Of a DNA stretch of 64,000 bases, positions 58,748-64,000 are shown in pieces. The notes under the pieces were generated by a model. The model was not told the DNA's origin. It saw only the letters and a list, made by a program, of their open reading frames with translations, and did not search any database. The stretch lies in NCBI GenBank assembly GCA_965238075.1, contig OZ250173.1, forward strand, positions 3,288,322 through 3,352,321, given 5' to 3'. Origin of the DNA: Candidatus Entotheonellaceae bacterium. Lineage in GTDB: Bacteria > Tectomicrobia > Entotheonellia > Entotheonellales > Entotheonellaceae. Both the position numbers and the translations under genes were made by a program. Each line of letters opens with the position of its first letter. Positions within the stretch are counted from its first letter, which is position 1.

Positions 58748-59787
58748 CGACCTTCTCCGCGGCCCAGTTCCAGCATGCGCTGCACGGAACGGCGGGCACG
58801 GCTGGCGACCCCGGCCTCCACCTCGACGGGGTATTGCATGTGTTCCAGGGCCCGCAGGATCTTCTTCAACGTAATGCGCTTCATGTGCGGGCACAGGTTG
58901 CAGGGCCGGATGAAATCGACGTCCGGCAGCGCCACGGCCACGTTGTCGCTCATGGAGCATTCGGTCAGCATGACGACCTGGGCGGGCCGCTGTTTTTCCA
59001 GATGGCGCACCATGCCGGCGGTCGAGCCGACAAAATCGGCCTCGGCGAGCACTCCGGGCGGGCATTCGGGGTGGGCCAGGACGTACACGTCCGGGTTGTC
59101 CTCCCGGTATAGGCGCAGCTCGGCGGCGGAGAAACGCTCGTGCACCTCGCAGTGGCCATGCCACAGAATGACCTCAACATCGGTCTGCTTGGCGACGTAT
59201 TTGCCGAGGTATTCGTCGGGGATGAAGATGACGCGATCGACGCCGAGCGATTCGACGGCCTGTACGGCGTTGGCGGAGGTGCAGCAGAGATCGGACTCGG
59301 CTTTCACCGCGGCGCTGGTGTTGACGTAGGTGACCACCGGAACGCCGGGGTGTTGCCGTCTCAGGGCGCGCACGTCGGCGGCGGTGATTGAAGAGGCGAG
59401 CGAGCAGCCGGCCTCCAGGTCGGGGATGAGCACGGTTTTGTCGGGATTGAGCAGCTTGGCGGTCTCGGCCATGAAATGGACGCCGCACAGAACGATGATG
59501 TCGGCGTCGGTTTCGGCGGCCTGCTGAGCGAGGGCAAGGGAGTCGCCGGTGAGGTCGGCAACGCCGTGGAAAATTTCAGGTGTCTGGTAATTGTGCGCCA
59601 GGATGACGGCATGGCGCTCGGCTTTGAGGGCTTCGATGGCCGCCACGTAAGGCGCGTGCACGGCCCACTCCGCTTCGGGAATGACCGCCTGCAAACGCTC
59701 ATAGCGCGGCGCCAGGGCCGCCGCCAACTCCGGCGTGTACGGCTGCAGCGGCACGGAGGACGTGGCTACAGGAGGTGCTTGAAGCAT
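58744..59787 (-). CDS. nadA: Quinolinate synthase
   Basis: LAHNYQ, CGVHFMAE, GCSLA, YVNT, HPEC, CPHMK. Confidence 0.97.
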   Translation of the reverse strand: MLQAPPVATSSVPLQPYTPELAAALAPRYERLQAVIPEAEWAVHAPYVAAIEALKAERHAVILAHNYQTPEIFHGVADLTGDSLALAQQAAETDADIIVLCGVHFMAETAKLLNPDKTVLIPDLEAGCSLASSITAADVRALRRQHPGVPVVTYVNTSAAVKAESDLCCTSANAVQAVESLGVDRVIFIPDEYLGKYVAKQTDVEVILWHGHCEVHERFSAAELRLYREDNPDVYVLAHPECPPGVLAEADFVGSTAGMVRHLEKQRPAQVVMLTECSMSDNVAVALPDVDFIRPCNLCPHMKRITLKKILRALEHMQYPVEVEAGVASRARRSVQRMLELGRGEGR

Positions 59788-59797
59788 ATCCGATTCC

Positions 59798-59818
59798 TTA
59801 TACTCATATTGAGCATAT
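59798..59818. promoter_or_regulatory. NadQ/NrtR-type operator upstream of nadA
   Basis: Palindrome TATACTCA-TAT-TGAGCATA about 10 bp upstream of the nadA start. Confidence 0.75.
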
Positions 59819-59951
59819 TAGATGGGTAAAAAAAGAAGCCGACCGATTCCGGCTTCCCGATACTCCCCATATGAAGATTCCGTTAGGCTACGTCTGAGCA
59901 AAACAAATGTCAAGACCACAAGAAACCGGCGACACCTCCTGAGGCTCGTCC

Positions 59952-60986
59952 CTACACGCGTGCTTGGGGGCCGGGAAGCCGGACGCCGGGAGCTGCGCGC
60001 TCGCGTAGGACCTCGCGGCGGAAGGCGAATAATTCCGCGGGTCGTCCGCCGGTTTCTTCGTCATATTGACCCGTTCCCTCGACCAAGCCGCCGCGCTCGA
60101 CCAGCCGTCGGAAATTCTGCTTGTGCAACCGGATGCCCGCCAGCGCCTCGACCACCCGCTGCAGGTGCGACAGCGTAAACGCGGGCGGCAACAACTCGAA
60201 GACCACAGGGCGGTATTTGATCTTGCCCCGCAGACGCCCCAGGGCGGTGGCTAGAATGCGCCGGTGGTCCAAGGCCATGGGACGCCCAAGGTCCTCCGCC
60301 TCCGGGGGCGTTGGCTCGCCGACGTCACTGGTCGCCTCACCGACGAGGCGCGCTTCGTACAGCAATTCGTAGCGTTCCAGGGTGCGCTCGGTGTCCCACG
60401 GCGTCCGGTGCAGGCCGAAGGCAATGTCCCGGCGTTCCCGGCGCGCGCGTGCATCAGGCGTATCGGATGCCTGGGTCAACCAGCTTTCCAACGCTGGCGC
60501 GATTGCCTGAGAGATGAGCGCCGGCGGACCGGAGCGCCAGTCTTCCCACGGAAAGTAGTCGTACCAGTCGCGCCAATGCGCCTCGCCGCCTCCGGCAAGT
60601 TGCTGTTCGCGCACCAGCGCCAGATAGGCGACGGAAATCATCCACGGTCCGCCCTGCCCTGCTCGCGGGTCTCGAAAGCGGTCTCCGAACGTGTATAGCT
60701 GTTCGACGTACCCCAACCGAATGCCCGTCTGCTGCCGCGCCCAACTTCGCAATCCGCGTTCCAAGGTCCGGTGCTGCTCCGGCCGCAACGGCCCGAACGG
60801 CAACGCGTCCGCCGTTCCGCTGCCCGCCAACGCGTGGTCGATACGGCTGACCGTCAGCACCCGCGGCACCTCATCCGTCACCGCCACGATGACCGCGTTC
60901 AGGCCGATGACCACGGACGGGGCCGTCTCGGATGCTGACTTTTTGGGCAGGCGAGCGGATTCCAAGGCAGCGCGGCGGGTGGCCAT
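59952..60986 (-). CDS. NAD-biosynthesis transcriptional regulator (Nudix-like + wHTH; NadQ/NrtR family)
   Basis: YVEQLYTFGD, DHRRIL, RLRGKIKY, HKQNFRR, GRPAELF; next to nadAC. Confidence 0.9.
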   Translation of the reverse strand: MATRRAALESARLPKKSASETAPSVVIGLNAVIVAVTDEVPRVLTVSRIDHALAGSGTADALPFGPLRPEQHRTLERGLRSWARQQTGIRLGYVEQLYTFGDRFRDPRAGQGGPWMISVAYLALVREQQLAGGGEAHWRDWYDYFPWEDWRSGPPALISQAIAPALESWLTQASDTPDARARRERRDIAFGLHRTPWDTERTLERYELLYEARLVGEATSDVGEPTPPEAEDLGRPMALDHRRILATALGRLRGKIKYRPVVFELLPPAFTLSHLQRVVEALAGIRLHKQNFRRLVERGGLVEGTGQYDEETGGRPAELFAFRREVLRERAAPGVRLPGPQARV

Positions 60987-61143
60987 GGGCGGGTCGGTTC
61001 CTTCGGCGACAGATCGTTGCTAATGTTTCCCGCGACCAGTGTACACCAGCCGCCCCAGGACCGCGCTACGTCCCGACAGGACTTTCGCCTTGACATGCCA
61101 ATTGGCGGCGAGGATAACTGCACGCAATAGGAGGCGATATGCT

Positions 61144-61677
61144 ATGGATCTTGTGACTCTACGTGATGAATACGACTTGGCGCGGTCGTATACCCAGAGC
61201 CTGTACGAGGATCTGCCGGAGTCGGACGTGCAATGGCGCCCGGAGCCGAAGAGCAGCGCCATTGCCTGGCACCTCGGGCATCAGGCGGCGGTGAACCATT
61301 TTCTGCTGCGCAACCTGTTCGATGCCGAGCCCAGCATCGAGCCGCGTTTTGACGCCTTGTTCGATGCCGCCAACCCGGAGGAAAACCGCGGCGACCTGCC
61401 GCCATTGGCCGACATCGTGGCGTACCGCGACGCAGTGGCGGCCTGCACGCATGCCCGACTTGAGCAGTTGCTGAACGGCCAACACGCCGCCCCTTCACAG
61501 GCATCGCATACCCTACGGACGCTTTTGATCAACTTGATCAACCACGAATACCAACACGACTGCTGGATCGGCGAGATGCGCCAGACGCGCGGTTATCCCG
61601 TTCCGGCGTCGGTGCCGTCGCAACGGGCGCGGCCGGTGGATGGCTATTGGATGTTGCCGGCCGACGGAAAACGATAG
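61144..61677 (+). CDS. DinB-like family protein
   Basis: IAWHLGH, NHEYQH. Confidence 0.85.
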   Translation: MDLVTLRDEYDLARSYTQSLYEDLPESDVQWRPEPKSSAIAWHLGHQAAVNHFLLRNLFDAEPSIEPRFDALFDAANPEENRGDLPPLADIVAYRDAVAACTHARLEQLLNGQHAAPSQASHTLRTLLINLINHEYQHDCWIGEMRQTRGYPVPASVPSQRARPVDGYWMLPADGKR

Positions 61678-61693
61678 GGCTGGAGGAGGGGCC

Positions 61694-61927
61694 ATGGCAG
61701 ACAACAATCCGCCCCGTCCGGGGTCGTCCTGGGCCGAGGCCATGCGCACTGCAGGGCCGTACCTGCACGTTGGCTGGACGCTGGTACTGACCATCCTGTC
61801 GGGGGTTCTTGCCGGACGCTGGGCCGATACGCGTTGGGGCACGGAGCCGGCATTTCTATTGGTTGGGGCGGTTCTGGGGATTGTACTGGGGATGTATTAT
61901 TTTCTGGCAACGGTCTTGAAGAAGTGA
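61694..61927 (+). CDS. AtpZ/AtpI (ATPase gene 1)-like small membrane protein
   Basis: GRWADTRWGTEP between two TM helices; GGAGG RBS. Confidence 0.75.
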   Translation: MADNNPPRPGSSWAEAMRTAGPYLHVGWTLVLTILSGVLAGRWADTRWGTEPAFLLVGAVLGIVLGMYYFLATVLKK

Positions 61928-61928
61928 T

Positions 61929-61955
61929 GGGGGCGGGCTCGAAAGCTGCCCCTGC
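61929..61955. repeat. REP-like hairpin between convergent genes
   Basis: GGGGCGGGCTCGAAAGCTGCCCC. Confidence 0.45.
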
Positions 61956-61977
61956 ATAGCCTTGACACGCCTAGGCC

Positions 61978-62976
61978 TCAGGGCTTCAGCACCACCTTGA
62001 CGGCGGCGTCGGGCTGGTCCTGAATGGCGAACCCCTCGGGGGCTTCGTCCAGGTTGAGGGCATGGGAAATCAAGGGCTGGCGTTGGACCTTCCCGCTTTC
62101 AACAAGCTCAATGGCGCGGCGGTAGTCGTCGCCGGTCCAGGTCCAGGACCCATAGATGGCGACATGCTTGCGCACCACCTGGTTGAAATCCAGATTCGCG
62201 GGGCGCTCGAAAAGGGCGACGAACACCAGACGGCCATACTGCTGTTTCAACATGAGCAGACCCTGGTTGGGCGAAGCCGGCGCCCCGGCGCAGTCGATGA
62301 CCAAATCGGCGTTGCCGCCGCGAACCCCGAAGCGCTCCACCGGCTTGGCGCCGCCGGTGAGCTCAATCACCGCTTCCACCGAATCGGTTTCGGTCAGGTT
62401 GACGGTGGCATCGGCGCCGAGGGATTTGGCCATATCCAGTCGGCGTTCGGAGGCGTCGACGGCGATGATGCGGCAATCGACCGTCGCCCGGATGGCCTGG
62501 ACGCAGCCCAGACCGATAATGCCAGCACCCAGCACCACGACCGTCTCGCCGGCGGCAGGCTGCCCAAGCGACACGCCGTGCAAGGAGGTAGCCAAGGGTT
62601 CGAGGGTGGCGCCATCCTCGAAACTGATCGGCTCCGGCAAAATGTGCGGGCTGCGCTCGGTGACCGGCACCGACACGTATTCCGCGAAGCCGCCCTGCCC
62701 CACCCCGGTAATGCGGTCGCCAACCCGAAAGCCGCTGACCTTCTCGCCTACCTCAACGATCTCACCGCTCAGTTCGTGACCCATGATGCGCCGATGGTCG
62801 TCAATCGGGCGCCCCAACGTCTCGAACATCCCGAGCCGGTACATGTGCAAATCGGAGCCGCAGATGCCGCACGCCCGCACCCGCACCAACACGTCGTGAT
62901 CGCCGATTTCCGGCCGATCAACCTCTTCCACCCGGATGTCCCGCGGCCCGTGATAAACGGCTGCTTTCATTTGCAT
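61978..62976 (-). CDS. Zinc-binding (MDR) alcohol dehydrogenase
   Basis: CGICGSDLH, MGHE, GAGIIG; no structural-Zn Cys cluster. Confidence 0.92.
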   Translation of the reverse strand: MQMKAAVYHGPRDIRVEEVDRPEIGDHDVLVRVRACGICGSDLHMYRLGMFETLGRPIDDHRRIMGHELSGEIVEVGEKVSGFRVGDRITGVGQGGFAEYVSVPVTERSPHILPEPISFEDGATLEPLATSLHGVSLGQPAAGETVVVLGAGIIGLGCVQAIRATVDCRIIAVDASERRLDMAKSLGADATVNLTETDSVEAVIELTGGAKPVERFGVRGGNADLVIDCAGAPASPNQGLLMLKQQYGRLVFVALFERPANLDFNQVVRKHVAIYGSWTWTGDDYRRAIELVESGKVQRQPLISHALNLDEAPEGFAIQDQPDAAVKVVLKP

Positions 62977-63048
62977 GCGCAATCCCCTTTGCATCGATAG
63001 TGTTGGGTCGGCTCAACCGGCGCATCATACGTGTCGCACAGTACGGGA

Positions 63049-63882
63049 TCAAGACGACAAGGCGCGAGGCCCAACGGCGTCAACTAGACGCCGCAGGAAG
63101 CGGTGCACCTCGTCAGGGTCCCGTAGTGTATAGTAGGCCGCGGTTGGACGCGGCGATTCGGCGACCAGGATGCTGATGCCGCGGCCGGCTAGGGCGGCGA
63201 AGGCGTCCTCGTCGGTGCGGTCGTCGCCGATGTAAATGGGCAACCCATCGGCAGCGGGAAGCCGCAGAACTTCCAGGATGTGAAGAACGGCCTTGCCTTT
63301 ATGCCAATCAAGGCGCGGCAGCAGCTCGAACACCATCTTGCCGGTGCCCTTGCGTAGGCGGGTATGACGGCTGAGGGCGCCGTCAACAGCGGCCTCAGCG
63401 GCGAGGGCGGCATCCGGCGCCAGTCCCCGCACGTGCACGGCGAGCGAGTATGTCTTGCGCTCCAGTAATGCTCCCCGGATGTGAGCGAGAGACTGCCGAA
63501 GTTCCGCCTCGGCGTCGTCCAGGTCCGGCAGATACGCGGCTCCGTGCTCGGTTTTCAGGCCCGGACCGCTGATGTCGAAACCGTGACTGCCGGCGTAGAT
63601 GAGGCCGTCGATGTCGACCAGACGTTGCACGTCGGAGCGGTCGCGGCCGCTGACAACGGCTACCGGGCAGCGCTTGGCCAACGCCGCGAGCGTATGGCGC
63701 ACCGCTTCATCCAGAAGGGCCAGTTCGGGACGCGCCACGATGGGGGTCAGGGTGCCGTCGTAATCCAGAAACATAACGGGCCGCTTGTGTGTCAACTGGC
63801 GCGCCAAGTCGGTGCCGGGATCAAGGGCTGAAGGCAAACGGGACGAGACAGAATCAGCGGGGCTGAGTGATTGTTGTGTCAT
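63049..63882 (-). CDS. otsB: Trehalose-6-phosphate phosphatase
   Basis: FLDYDGTL, VSGR, AGSHG, WHKGKA, IGDDRTDEDAF. Confidence 0.95.
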   Translation of the reverse strand: MTQQSLSPADSVSSRLPSALDPGTDLARQLTHKRPVMFLDYDGTLTPIVARPELALLDEAVRHTLAALAKRCPVAVVSGRDRSDVQRLVDIDGLIYAGSHGFDISGPGLKTEHGAAYLPDLDDAEAELRQSLAHIRGALLERKTYSLAVHVRGLAPDAALAAEAAVDGALSRHTRLRKGTGKMVFELLPRLDWHKGKAVLHILEVLRLPAADGLPIYIGDDRTDEDAFAALAGRGISILVAESPRPTAAYYTLRDPDEVHRFLRRLVDAVGPRALSS

Positions 63883-64000
63883 GGTCGTGCCTCGTGAACA
63901 AGTGAACGAGTCGAGGCTTGGACTGTTTTGACGATTGTCATAACGATGCTTCTTACCGGCCAGGTACAGCGCATGGTGGAGACAAGATATGCCGTAGACG

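Overview
This is a 64-kb, GC-rich bacterial chromosomal window. The gene content (luciferase-like monooxygenases, family-5 solute-binding protein, paired acyl-CoA dehydrogenases, TPR expansion, halogenase) resembles marine/sponge-associated bacteria such as Ca. Tectomicrobia; that assignment is inference only. Bases 1-13,000 are an accessory mosaic. Its main feature is six co-oriented XerC/XerD dif-like sites (28-29 bp) that separate single-gene, lower-GC cassettes (DUF5677-like, DUF6988-like, FRG-TPR). They form two arrays, each preceded by the same small coiled-coil ORF and a conserved ~210-bp non-coding leader, which looks like an integron-like cassette system built on dif sites. Between the two arrays lie a decayed halogenase/CoA-ligase/methyltransferase island, IS6, IS630 and ISKra4 remnants, a tyrosine-integrase fragment and a resolvase fragment. 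Bases 13,000-64,000 are mostly metabolic: TRAP, ABC and Mod transporters, an EndoQ-UvrD fusion, LLM oxidoreductases, msrA, acyl-CoA dehydrogenases, hpaB, a non-canonical sulfur-redox cluster (multiheme cytochromes, NrfCD-like pair, SoxYZ, Rieske protein, FccB/SoxF), iorAB-like genes, tatC, a probable UGA-recoded DsbA-like selenoprotein with a SECIS-like hairpin, eno, nadQ-nadA-nadC with an operator, and otsB. All calls come from motifs read by eye; no database search was run.
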